A stretch of 62,995 nucleotides of DNA, the filler included, from Chiloscyllium plagiosum (Eukaryota): the NCBI RefSeq assembly GCF_004010195.1. It is 4 parts of one record of this genome, joined end to end, with 100 filler letters (N's around TTAATTAATTAA, not from the genome) between each part and the next. Parts side by side here need not be neighbours in the genome. Positions count along the whole stretch, not along the records: positions 1 to 29,428 come from NC_057711.1; 3 more parts are not named here. One strand, given 5' to 3'. Made by a program: the position numbers and the translations under genes. Below the pieces are notes generated by a model, which was not told the DNA's origin, ran no database searches, and saw nothing but the letters and a program-made list of their open reading frames with translations. This document shows positions 12,345 through 24,196 of this stretch, piece by piece. Each line of letters starts with the position of its first letter. Positions within the stretch are counted from its first letter, which is position 1.

Positions 12345-13925
12345 GAAATTTTTTTGGCTGTAACAACTGCTCCTTTTTTGAGGTATTTTAGGTGCTGGAG
12401 GTGATTTCTTCGAATTCTAGGAGCAGCAATTACTGTTTTATATGCTATGGCATTGTTTTGGAATTTTGGAAAAAAAAGTCAAAACAACAGGTGGGTGGCA
12501 CGGTGGCCCAGTGGTTAGCACTGCTGCCTCACAGTGCCAGAGACCCAGGTTCAATTCCCGTCTCAGGCGACTCTCTGTGTGGAGTTTGCACATTCTCCCT
12601 GTGTCTGCGTGGGTTTCCTCCGGGTGCTCTGGTTTCCTCCCACAGTCCAAAGATGTGCAGGTTAGGTGAATTGGCCATGCTAAATTGCCCGTAGTATTAG
12701 GTGAAGGGGGAAATGTAGGCGAATGGGTCTGGGTGGGTTACGCTTCGGCGGGTCGGTGTGGACTTGTTGGACCGAAGGGACTGTTTCTACACTGTAAGTA
12801 ATCTAATCTAATCTAACAGCAGTTTTAAAAGGGAGAAGAACAGACAAAGGAAGCACAAAGTGAGATCAGTGCAGGACAGAGAGAGAGAAAGAAACTGATA
12901 CCACAGTTTCTGCCTTTGCCATTTGAATTCATGTATCACTGGACATCAGAGTGCGTCTGGGAAAATTAACAAACAGTGAAATTCACAACTGATCTTGGAG
13001 GAACTGTTTGGGTGAAGTTCACAGGACAGAATCAGATAAGTAATTGTTTAAGTGGCCTACAGAATGTCTGCAGTAGTGAATAGAGTGGGTTCTTTCTTGA
13101 TTATCTATTTTTTGAGATATTTCTCTTGATTAAACTTAAAATATAAGCCATAACTATTAATCTAACCTGGGACAGTGTTTTGTAGATGAATAAGACGGTG
13201 TTATTTTCTGGGTCTGTAGATTGTGAAGGAGCAAAAATGACCTTTAGTAGAGTGATATGTGCTTCTTGTCAGATGTGGGAGTTTAAAGACAGCTTAAGGG
13301 TTACTGTGGATTATATCTGCAATAAATGCTGTTGGTTGCGAATCTTATCAGATCGAATGGATCAGTTGGAGAGACAGTTAGAAGCAATGAGGAATTTACA
13401 ACAGTGTATGATGGATGGTGATTATAGGGGGGGGGAGATGTCTCAGACACAGTCACATAGATGGGTTAACTCCAGGAAAGGAAAGAGAGGTAGGCACCTA
13501 GTGCAGGTGTGTTCTGTGGCAATACCCATTTCAAACAGGAATGCTGTTTTGGAAAATGTAGGGGGTGATGGATTCACAATGGAATGTAGCATGAACAGCC
13601 AAGTTTCTGGTATTGAGACTGGCTCTAATGCAATGAGGGGTACGGAGAGTTAGGCAGAAATTTAAAAAGGAGGTCCTCAAGGGTAGTAATATCTGGATTA
13701 CTCCCAGTGCCAAGAGCTAGTGAAGACAGGAATAGGAGGATAGAGCAGATGAATGCATGGTTGAGGAGCTGGTGTATGGGAGAAGGATTCATATTTTTGG
13801 ATCATTGGAATCTCTTTTGGGGTAGAAGTGACCTGTACAAGGAGGACGGATTACACCTAAATTGGAAGAGGACTAATATACTGGCAAAAAAATTTGCTAG
13901 AGCTGCTCAGGAGAATTTAAACTAG
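12345..13925 (+). mobile_element. CR1 LINE 5'UTR and ORF1 (zinc finger, coiled coil, SGNH/GDSL esterase-like domain), disrupted
   Basis: CASCQMW...ICNKC zinc finger, LERQLEAM heptads and NAWLRSWC...LYKEDGLHLN esterase block, typical of CR1 ORF1p. The 5' boundary is uncertain. Confidence 0.8.
12493..12816 (+). mobile_element. HE1/V-SINE, full length
   Basis: tRNA-derived head with A box (tggcccagtgg) and B box (ggttcaattcc), V-domain tgtgtggagtttgcacattctccc, (aatct)n tail. Probable TSD aacaacag/aacagcag. Confidence 0.92.
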
Positions 13926-13930
13926 TAAGG

Positions 13931-14283
13931 TACCTTCCATACCAGGCAACATCCTCGTAAACCTTCTCTGCACCCTCTCCACAGAGTCCACATCCTTTTG
14001 GTAATGTGGCGACCAGAACTGTACACAGTATTCTAAATGCAGCCGAACCAATGTCTTGTACAATTTTAACATGACTTGCCAGCTCTTATACTCAATATCC
14101 TGTCCAATAAAGGCAAGCGTACTATATGCCTTCTTGACCACTGTATCCACCTGTGCAGCAACCTTCAGGGTACAATGGACCTGCGCTCCCAGATCTCTCT
14201 GTTCATCAACTTTTCCCAACGCTCTTCCATTCATTGTATAATTCGCTCTCGAATTAGACTTGCCTAAATGCATCACCTCACAT
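13931..14283 (-). mobile_element. CR1 LINE ORF2 internal fragment
   Basis: EQRDLG...[10 protein letters not shown]...[13 protein letters not shown] on the minus strand; same subfamily as 8430-8740. Confidence 0.9.
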
Positions 14284-14289
14284 GATCTC

Positions 14290-16879
14290 TCGTTATTGAA
14301 ATGGGAAGCCTTCAGGAATGAGATAACAAGAATCCAGAGAAAGTATATTCCTGTCAGGGGGAAAGGAAAGGCTGGTAGGTATAGGGAATGCTGGATGACT
14401 AAAGAAATTGAGGGTTTGGTTAAGAAAAAGAAGGAAGCATATGTCAGGTATAGATAGGATTGATTGAGTGAATCCTTAGAAGAGTATAAAGGCAGTAGGA
14501 GTATACCTCAGAGGGAAATCAGGAGGGCAAAAAGAGAACATGAGATAGCTTTGGTAAATAGAATTAAGTAGAAACCAAAGGTTTTTACAAATACATTAAG
14601 GACAAAAGGATAACTAGGGAGAGAACAGGGCCCCTCAAAGAGCCGTCCTGAAGAAGGGCTCATGCCCGAAACGTCGATTCTCCTGCTCCTTGGATGCTGC
14701 CTGACCTGCTGCGCTTTTCCAGCAACACATTTTCACCCCTCAAATATCAGCAAGGCGGCCTTTGTGTGGAGCTGCAGAAAAAGGGGAAATACTAAATGAG
14801 TATTTTGCATCAGTATTTACTGTGGAAAAGGACATGGGAGATATAGAATGTAGGGAAATAGATGGTGACACCTTGCAAAATGTCCATATTACAGAGGAGG
14901 AAGTGCTGGATGTCTTGAAAGGCATAAAGGTGGATAAATCCCCAGGACCTGATCAGGTGTACCCTAGAACTCTGTGGGAAGCTAGAGAAGTGATTGCTGG
15001 GCCTCTTGCTGAGATATTTGTATCATCGATAGTCACAGGTGAGGTTGACTGGAGGTTGGCTAACATGGTGCCACTGTTTAAGAAAGGTGGTAAGGACAAG
15101 ACAGGGAACTATAGACCAGTGAGCCTGACATTGATGGTGGGCAAGTTGTTGGAGGGAATCTTGAGGGACAGAATGTACATGTATTTGGAAAGGCAAGGAC
15201 TGATTAAGGATAGTCAACATAGCTTTGTGCATGGTGAAGGCTGGTAGGTATAGGGACTGTGTCTCTCAAACTTGATTGATTTTTTTGAAGAAGTAACAAA
15301 GAGGATTGATGAGGGCAGAGCAGTAGATGTGATCTATATGGACTTCAGTAAGGTTTTGACAAGGTTCCCCATGGGNNNNNNNNNNNNNNNNNNNNNNNNN
15401 NNNNNNNNNNNNNNNNNNNNNNNNNNNNNNNNNNNNNNNNNNNNNNNNNNNNNNNNNNNNNNNNNNNNNNNNNNNNNNNNNNNNNNNNNNNNNNNNNNNN
15501 NNNNNNNNNNNNNNNNNNNNNNNNNNNNNNNNNNNNNNNNNNNNNNNNNNNNNNNNNNNNNNNNNNNNNNNNNNNNNNNNNNNNNNNNNNNNNNNNNNNN
15601 NNNNNNNNNNNNNNNNNNNNNNNNNNNNNNNNNNNNNNNNNNNNNNNNNNNNNNNNNNNNNNNNNNNNNNNNNNNNNNNNNNNNNNNNNNNNNNNNNNNN
15701 NNNNNNNNNNNNNNNNNNNNNNNNNNNNNNNNNNNNNNNNNNNNNNNNNNNNNNNNNNNNNNNNNNNNNNNNNNNNNNNNNNNNNNNNNNNNNNNNNNNN
15801 NNNNNNNNNNNNNNNNNNNNNNNNNNNNNNNNNNNNNNNNNNNNNNNNNNNNNNNNNNNNNNNNNNNNNNNNNNNNNNNNNNNNNNNNNNNNNNNNNNNN
15901 NNNNNNNNNNNNNNNNNNNNNNNNNNNNNNNNNNNNNNNNNNNNNNNNNNNNNNNNNNNNNNNNNNNNNNNNNNNNNNNNNNNNNNNNNNNNNNNNAGGG
16001 TTACCTCAGATTACAACAGGATCTTGATCAAATGGGCCAGTGGGCTGAGAAGTGGCAGGTGGAGTTTAATTCAGATAAATGCAAGGTGCTGCATTTTGGG
16101 AAAGCAAATCTTAGCAGGACTTATACACTTAATGGTAAGATCCTAGGGAGTGTTGCTGAACAAAGAGACCTTGGAGTGCAAGTTCATAGCTCCTTGAAAG
16201 TGGTGTTGCAGTTAGATCAGAGAGTGAAGAAAGCGTTTGGTATGCTTTCCTTTATTGGTCAGAGTATTGAGTACAGGATTTAGGAGGTCATGTTGCAGTT
16301 GTACAGGACATTGGTTAGGCCACTGTTGGAATATTGCGTGCAATTCTGGTCTCCTTCCTATTGGAAAGATGTTGTGAAACTTGAAAGGGTTCAGAAAAGA
16401 TTTACAAGGATGCTGCCAGGGTTGGAGGATTTGAGCTGTAGGGAGAGGTTGAACGGGCTGCGGCTTTTTTCATTGCAGCATCAGAGGCTGAGGGGTGACC
16501 TTATAGAGGTTTATAAAATCATGAGGGCATGGATAGGATAAATAGACAAAGTCTTTTCCCTGGCGTTGGGGAGTCCAGAACTAGAGGGCATAGGTTTAGT
16601 GTGAGAGAGGAAAGATATAAAAGAGACCTAAGGGGCAACTTTTTCACACAGAGGGTGGTACATGTATGGAATGAGCTGCCAGAGGATGTGGTGGACGCTG
16701 GTACAATTGCAACATTTAAGAGGCATTTGGATGAGTATATGAATAGGAAGAGTTTGAAGGGATATAGACCGGGTGCTGGCAGGTGGGACTAGATTGACTT
16801 GGGATAACCGGTCAGCATGGACAGGTTGGACCGTAAGGCCTGTTTCCAACTGAACATCTCTATGACTCTATGACTCTAT
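14290..16879 (+). mobile_element. CR1 LINE ORF2 (same subfamily as 1-1846), with a PLE insert and an assembly gap
   Basis: Near-identical to 1-1846. PLE insert at 14640-14735, N gap at 15376-15996, (ctatgact)n tail. Confidence 0.95.
14648..14675 (+). ncRNA. Minimal type I hammerhead ribozyme motif (PLE-associated), intact core
   Basis: CTGAAGA-A-GGGC(tcat)GCCC-GAAAC-GTC: conserved CUGANGA and GAAA boxes, stem II, palindromic ACGT stem III and a GUC cleavage triplet. Confidence 0.75.
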
Positions 16880-16884
16880 GTAAC

Positions 16885-18106
16885 CAACGAGGTGGATAAT
16901 GGGGATCTGGTGGATTTGCACATCTAGATTTCCAGAAGGCTTCTGACAAGGTGCCACATAAATGACTGATCCACAATGTTAGATCCCAGGAGATTAAGGG
17001 TAGAGTGTTGACTTGGATCAAGGATTGGTTGACTGACAGAAAGCAGTGTTTCAGCATAATTGAGTCCTTCTCTGGATGGCGAACTGTAACGCCGCAGGGT
17101 TCAGTTCTTGGACCTCGATTATTTACAATTTTAAATTAAATGATCTGCAAGCAGTGATAGTGTGTAACAAGGCAAAGGTCATGCATGATACTAAAATATG
17201 TGGGAAAGCAGGCAGTGATGAGGAGATAAAAAGTTTACTGATAGTTATTGACAGGTCAGGAGAATGAGCCTGAACCTGACCAATGGGGTGCACTGTGAAT
17301 AAGTGCAAGATTATTCATTGTGGATGGAAAAATAAAAGTGACAGATTATTATTTAAATGGGAAAAGGATTCATAGTGCATCAGTGCAGAGAGATCTGGAC
17401 ATCCTTGTGCACCAATCGCAGAAAGTGGGTATGCAGGTGCAGTATATAACAAGAAAGACAAATGAAAACGTGGTATTTATTGCAAAAGGACTGGATTAGA
17501 AAAATGAAGAAGAGTTGTTACAATGATACAAGGTGTTTGGTGAGTCCACGCCTGGAATATTGTGTCCAGTTTTGGTCTCCTTATTTGAGGAAGGATGTGG
17601 AGGCACTGGGGGCTGTTCAGAGCAGGGTCACCAGGTTGATCCCAGGGCTGAAAGGGCTGGTGTACAAGGAGCAGTTGAACAGCTTAGGCTTGCACTCACT
17701 GGAGTTCAGAAGATTGAGGGGCATCTGATTGACAGATATAAAATGCTGAAGGGGATGGATAAGGTGGATGTTGAACAGATGTTTCCCCTCGTGGGACAGA
17801 CTCAAACAAAAGATATAAAGTGAGAGGAGGTAGATTTAAAATTGAGACAATGAGAAATTACTTCACTCAGATGGTTGTGAATCTGTGGAACTCACTGCCC
17901 GAGAGTGCAGTGGAGGCAGAATCAATTTACAGATTCAAGAAAGAAATCGATCCATTTCTGATGAAAGCTGGGTTAAAGGGCTGTGGGGAGCAGGCAGGAA
18001 AGTGGAGTGGAGACCAAAGTAAGATCAGCCATGATAATGTTAAATGGTGAGTGGCCTTGAAGAGCTGAATTGCCTACTCCCGCTCCTAATTCCTATGTTC
18101 CTATGT
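16885..18106 (+). mobile_element. Older CR1 LINE 3' part
   Basis: DFQKAx[35 protein letters not shown], with a (cctatgtt)n tail. Confidence 0.88.
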
Positions 18107-18257
18107 TACAATCATAGGTGCAATATTATTGAAAGATATACATATTTTAATTGAGTAAACTATTATTAAATTAGCATAACATGGATGTTGAAATGGATGG
18201 TTTAGAATATTTATTGCATACAATGTTAGACTTGATTATATATAGGTTCACCTCTCA

Positions 18258-19170
18258 ACCATAAGATCAAGAAGATGTTGGAGGAGAAGTAGGCCATTTG
18301 GTCCATCATATCTGCCCTGCCATTCAATGCGCCTCATCTTCTGCCTAGGAACCCTCCAACCACATGGGATGAAAGTAGATTTCTCCAGCTTCCTCATTTC
18401 CCCTCCCCTCACCTTATCTCAGTCCCAACCCCCGGATTCAGCACCCCCCTCATGACCTGCAATCTTCTTCCTGACCTCTCTGCCCCCATCCCCTCTCCGG
18501 CCTATCACCCTCACCCTCACCTCCTTCCACCTATCGTATTCCCAGCGCCCCTCCTCTAAGGATATTATACGTTTCATTCATTCATTCTTATAAACTCCAA
18601 TGAGTACAAGCCTAATGTATTCAACCTTTCCTCACAAGAACATCCTCCTATCCCTAGGATCAATCTAAAGAACCTTCTGTGACTGCCTCAAATGCCCATG
18701 TACTTTTCTGTGGATAAAGGGACTGAAACAGCTCACAGTATTCCAGCTATGGTCTGACTCGTGCCTTGTATGGTTTTAGCAAGATCTCCCTACTTTCATT
18801 ATCCAGTACCTTTGAAATAAAGGCCAACAGTCTATGCGTCTTCCCTATTACCTGCTGAATTTGGATGTTAACTTTTTGTGATTCATGTGTATGAACCTCC
18901 ACATCCCTCTGTTCTGCAGCTTTCTGAAGGGTTTCCCAGTTAGATAATATCCAGCACTTCTCTTCCTTCCAAAGTGGATAACTTCATATTTTCCCACATT
19001 ATAGTTAATCTGCGAAGTTTTTGCAGATTCTCTTAACTAGTCTATATCCCTTTGTTGACTCTTTGTGTCATCCTCGCCACCTGCCTTCCCCGCTGTTTTT
19101 GTGCCACCTACAAACTAGACAATAGCATGTTCACATCCAATCTCCAAACACTAATGTATATTGTAAATAA
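18258..19170 (-). mobile_element. Decayed CR1 3' part with an inserted PLE terminal fragment (18329-18557, plus strand)
   Basis: CR1 3' UTR and ORF2 similarity on the minus strand. The insert matches 7385-7610. Confidence 0.8.
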
Positions 19171-19419
19171 TTGATCATCTTTAGCTCCTTGCTTATTATT
19201 ATTATGTACAAATGCTGTGCATGCACCAATTCTTCAACTTGTTATCAGCAAGATCAGAGCCAACTCCTAAATCCTGTGCACAAGCCCCTAACATCATATT
19301 TGTTGCTGCAGCCAACTACTTTCATCATAATACGGGAGTACACAAAGTCAATACTCTACTGAACTCTGAGCTGCAATTCAATGTACTATAGCTGCAATAA
19401 AAGTGTCCAAGCTGCAATA

Positions 19420-19580
19420 TTTCTATCCTACAGCCCTACCTTATCATAATGGATGCAGAAACACTCATTGAAATTTTTGCCATCTCAAAATGTGATTGTT
19501 CCAATGACCATCTTGATAGCTTCCTGACTTTAGTCCTCAGCTAATTGGAGCTCATCTGAAACTCTGCTACCTGTAGCCAT
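19420..19580 (+). mobile_element. L2-like LINE remnant
   Basis: Degenerate match to the L2 ORF2 C-terminal motif AETLIHAFxxSRLDYxN...LELIQNSAA. Confidence 0.45.
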
Positions 19581-20059
19581 CTTATTTTCTTTACATCATG
19601 TCCTCAGTAATCAATATGCAGTTACTGGGTTGAAGTTTTAATCTGGAATCAGGGGCTTAATATTGGGTTAGTTTCTGGATCATGACCTGGCATCAGGTCA
19701 ATGTCATTCACTTGGCCTGATTTTTGACAAGAAGCCCATTATTGGCCAGGGAGTGCAATTGATATCAATTAAGGATGGCAGATAGTCTATCAAAGCTATT
19801 AGAGGATCAAGACGATTGTCTCCAACAAGGACACCAGCAGCCCCACCTACTGAGTTAGGAGCAGCTGATGGATTGGAGGGAAAGCACGTGCCTTAGGATG
19901 GAGGTGGCTGTGAAGAGACTTAACAATATTTAACATTATAAAGGTCAGATGGACATCATTGAGGGGGAAACCCTGGCACAACTATAGCCAGAGCTTCATT
20001 ATGAGATAACTGTGAGATCATTCAACTGTTCAGTAGCTTTTTGATTGCTCAATTTCAAA

Positions 20060-22900
20060 GCCCATGTTGTAGACATCTACAGCACAGAAAAAGGTCCTTC
20101 AGCTCAACACGTCCATGCCAGTCAAAAACAGCCACCTAACTATTGTAATTATTTTCTACCACTTGGCCCATAGCTTTGTTTGCTTTAGCAATGCAAGTGG
20201 ACATCTAAATACTTAGAGCCATAGAGTCATAGAGATGTACAGCACGGAACAGACCCTTTGGTCCAACTTGTCCATGCCAACAAGATATCCCAACCTAATC
20301 TCGTCCCACTTGTCAGCACCCGGCCCATATCCCTCCAAACCCTTCCTATACATCATCCAGATGCCTTTTTAATGCTGTAATTATACCAGCCTCCCCCACT
20401 TCCTCTGGTAGTTTTTATTCCATTAACACACTACTCTCTGTTGAAAAGGTTGCCCCTTAGGTCCCTTCTAAATCTTTCCCCTCTCACCTTAAAACCATGT
20501 CGTCTAGTTTTGGACTCCTGCACCCTGGGAAAAAGACCTTGACTACTCACCCTATCTAAGTCCCTCATGATTTTATAAACCTCTATAAGGTCTCCTCTCA
20601 GTCTCCGATGCTCCAGGGAAAACAGGCCCAGCCTGTTCAGCCTCTCCCTGTAGCTCAAACCCTCCAACCCTCCACCCTTGTAAATCTTTTCTGAACTTTT
20701 TCAAGTTTCACAACATCCTTCCTATACCATGGAGACGAGAATTGAATATTTCTTAAATGTTAGGAGGGATTCTGTCTTTGACCACTCTTACAGGCACCAA
20801 GTTCCAGATTCTCGCCACACTCTGGGTGAAAAGATTTCTGTTCACATCTCCTCTAATCCTTTTGCCTGTTAGCTTAAACTTATGTTTTCTGGTCATTGAA
20901 CCCTCCATGAAAGGGAAATGTTCATTCTTGTCTACTCAATCTGCACTCCTCATATTATACATCACCATCATGTTCCCTCCCAATCTACTCTGCCCTAAGG
21001 AAAACAACTCCAAGCTATCCAATCTCTTTTCATAACTGAAACTCTCCAGCCCAGCAAACATCCCTGGTAAATCACCTCTGCAATGTTATCACATCCCACC
21101 TATAATGTAGACTCCACACTGCACATAATACTCTAGCTGTGGCCTAACCAATAGTTCGTTCCAGCATAACCTCCAATTCTGTGCCTCAGCTGATAAAGGA
21201 AATCATGAATCAGTAATAAATGCTAGACAGTCAGTAATTCTCACAGCCAGAAGAGAATAATCACTTTATTCATCTGTCCTGATATTTTAAAGAACTGGGG
21301 GACATGCACACCAAGATCCCTCTGATTCTCGATACTTCACAGTGTCCTACTGTTCATCATGTGTTCCCTTGCCTTATTTGTCTTATCCAATGCAATACCT
21401 TACTTTAATCCAAATTGAATTCCATTTGTCACTGATCAGTTCATCTGTCCAACCTATCTATACTTTTCCTGTAATCTAAGGCTATCCTCTGATTTACCAC
21501 TTTATGTTATGAAGGTGAAGGTGTGTACTATATTTTTAAGAGAGAATGAATGCTGTTTTGCACTGAGAGCTTACAAGCACCTGTCCTATGATTAGCTAGC
21601 AGTCTCAGAGGGTACTGGAAAATTGTAAAAATGTAACATTGTGAAATAGATGCCTAAGTCCGTTTCTATTCTGACAACATTTTGAATTTAACCAATCAGT
21701 TTAAATTATGCCTCAGGATGATAAAACACAATTGTGTTTAAATTTATTGTTTTGCCAACGTCAAACCAATGAGACGATCTGATGCTGGGAGGATAAGAAA
21801 GGCAGGCTGTTTGAAAGACCTCACTTTTTCCCCAGTTTGAAAGTTAGGTAGAGTAACTGCCATCAACAGTGTAACTCCATCGAAACACTCTCTGTCAAAG
21901 GTACCTTTTCATATAAAAAATATTTGCAGTAAAAGAAAGAAGATGACCCAGGGAGATCTTCGGTTGGAAGAAGAGAGACACCGACGATGACAGCCGCTGT
22001 GTGGCTTTGAAATTAGTTGATGTAATTTTAATAGCAGTCTTATTGGAACAGCATATTGTTATGGAGTTGGAGGCAGATAATAAGCAGTTAAGAGAAAGGG
22101 AGGCTTAGAATTGTAAATAGTTGTTATTTAATGTTCACTTTTAGAATTAAGGAATAATTTGATTTTTTTAAATAGTGGAGTTGAAGAATTCTCTGTCACT
22201 CATCTTTTTAACAGATTAGGAGGTGAGGTGAGCTTTTCTGTGAGCTTGGCTTAATTAATAGAAGGGTTCACTGCCGGGTCATAGCAACTAGTTTTTGTGT
22301 CATCTGTGAAATTAAGCCTCCCACATACAAGTCTAAATCATTTATATAAACAACAAACAGCAAGGATCCCAATACTGACCCCCATTGTAGACCACTGTAC
22401 ACAGACTTCCAGTTGGAAAGATAGTTCTCGAATATCATCCTTTGCTTCCTGCCACTCAGCCAATTGTGGATACAATTTGCCAGATTTCCCTGGAAACCAC
22501 GGCTTGTAACTTTGCTATAAGACTCCCATGCATAACCTTAGTAAATGCCTTGCTAAAGAGCAAGTAAACTACATCAAATATATTGCCTTTATCTACACAC
22601 CTGGTCACCTTTTCTAAAAATTCAATCAAGTTGGTCAGACATGACCTCCCCTTAACAAACACATGTAGCCACATGTTGGTTAATCCCTGCCTCTCCAAGC
22701 ACACATTAATTCTGTCCCTCAGAATTGCATCCAATAATTTCCCCACCACTGAGGTTAAGCTGATTGACCTGTCGTACTCATACAGTCCTCACATACAAGT
22801 GTATCCCTGCCCATCTTCTCCAAATACATTTACTCAGTATTGCGTCCCTCTAGGCACCCCAATTCTTCTGCCTGGGATTTTTGTATCTGCATTGCATTGA
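20060..22900 (-). mobile_element. Old CR1 LINE with a nested younger CR1 3' end (20215-20745) and a putative solo LTR
   Basis: Minus-strand CR1 motifs ([22 protein letters not shown]) continue on both sides of the insertions. Confidence 0.8.
21505..22286. mobile_element. Putative solo LTR (~780 bp)
   Basis: Begins TGTTATGA and ends TCATAGCA (imperfect terminal inverted repeat, TG...CA). Non-coding and cleanly interrupts a CR1. TSD not convincing. Confidence 0.55.
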
Positions 22901-23004
22901 CCGTAGATTCTTCAGGCCCTTTGGTTTTGCACTGTGAAATATTCTTTATAAAACTCTCTGCTACATTATGATTCCTCTCTTTTAATTCAGAAGATTTATT
23001 GAAG

Positions 23005-23232
23005 TATAGATTCATTGTCATCTAGCATGGAAATGGAACCTTCGGCCCAACTAATCCATGCCAAGCATAATCTCAAACTATACTAGTCCCACCTGCCTGT
23101 ACTTGGCCATATCCTTCCAAACACTTCTTATTCATGTCTTTTAAATGTTGTAACTTTACCTGCAGCCACCACTTCCTCTGGAATTTCATTCTATACTCAA
23201 ACTACTCTCTGTAAAAATGTTGCCCCTCATGT
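23005..23232 (-). mobile_element. CR1 3' terminal fragment
   Basis: Reverse complement of the CR1 3' end seen at 1625-1840. Confidence 0.8.
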
Positions 23233-23402
23233 TTATTTTATGTTTAATTGTACCTTTACTAAATATCCCCAGTATTTTATAACTCAATGTATATTTATTG
23301 TCTTTGTGAACTACACTGTGACATTTAATAAGCCCCTAGGTGCAAAATAATATTACATAAATTGTGGTATCTACTAACAACGGTATTTTAATCATGTATC
23401 AC

Positions 23403-23651
23403 CTTGCTTAAATGATCAGCTAGATTTGTTTGTTCTGACTGTCTGTCATAATCCTGAATTGTCCATGATGGATGAGCTTTGTTCAGTTGCCAGCTGTTTT
23501 CTGTCCTTTGGTCTGCATACAAGGGATTCCTCTTGATGGTGGACTCCAAGGTTTGAAGAGTGATATGTTTGCTGAGCACATTATCAATGAGTGGAGGGCC
23601 ATCGCCATACAATTGTAAGCTGAACTTCTTTGGCGCATCTTGGTCTTTAGC
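23403..23651 (-). CDS. MINAR2: MINAR2 coding exon 2
   Basis: 249 nt, phase 0/0, acceptor tgtcttctag| and donor AAG|gtgata. Translates AKDQDAPKK...IKRNPLYAD...HPSWTIQDYDRQSEQTNLADHLSK, containing the MINAR-family NPLY and PSWTIxxYD motifs. In frame with exon 1 across a 383-bp intron. Confidence 0.9.
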
Positions 23652-24034
23652 CTAGAAGACATTTAATACACAACAGTGCAGTGACACTGATGTAATTCAC
23701 AGGACTATTATCAGAATCAATTTGTGATGACTCTGCTGTAAACTTGATTCAATTAATTTTTGTCAGGAAATGGTTGCAAATGTCCATTTGAATGCACAAA
23801 AATAACCGATTAAACAAGTTATTTCCTAAAATGCAAAGAACAATTACAAAAGTACACTTAATGAATTAAAATATAGGCTTTGTATGATCATATTTCCAGA
23901 GTCATCTATATGAATGTTTTATATCTTTTTATCTGAGTGAATTTAAATTTGAAAAAATAACATATAAAAGCATTTCCAATGTATTTGCAATTCTCAGAGC
24001 AAATGCACAATGTGAAGATGTTTGAATCACTTAC

Positions 24035-24196
24035 TGGCGAACAGACTTGATTGTGCCACTGACGACCACTCAGAGCTGCTCCAGAGAGACCTGTAAAACC
24101 AAATTGGCTTAAACCAGGATTTGTACCTAATGCTTTTACATCTAACTGCAGAAATTTGTCAGGATGGTTGTTATTTGGCAAGACTGATAGGTCCAT
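24035..24196 (-). CDS. MINAR2: MINAR2 (KIAA1024L) coding exon 1
   Basis: Translates MDLSVLPNNNHPDKFLQLDVKALGTNPGLSQFGFTGLSGAALSGRQWHNQVCSP. The N-terminus matches the vertebrate MINAR2 start (MDLSVLPNNNHPDKFLQLDVK) as I recall it. Good Kozak context (aacATGg) and a consensus donor CCA|GTAAGT, phase 0. Confidence 0.93.

Noticed and set aside
12493..12565. tRNA-like sequence with A and B boxes
   Set aside because: It is the SINE head, continuous with the V-domain and tail, not a tRNA gene.
15272..16027. 251-aa ORF
   Set aside because: Mostly Ns; both flanks are CR1.
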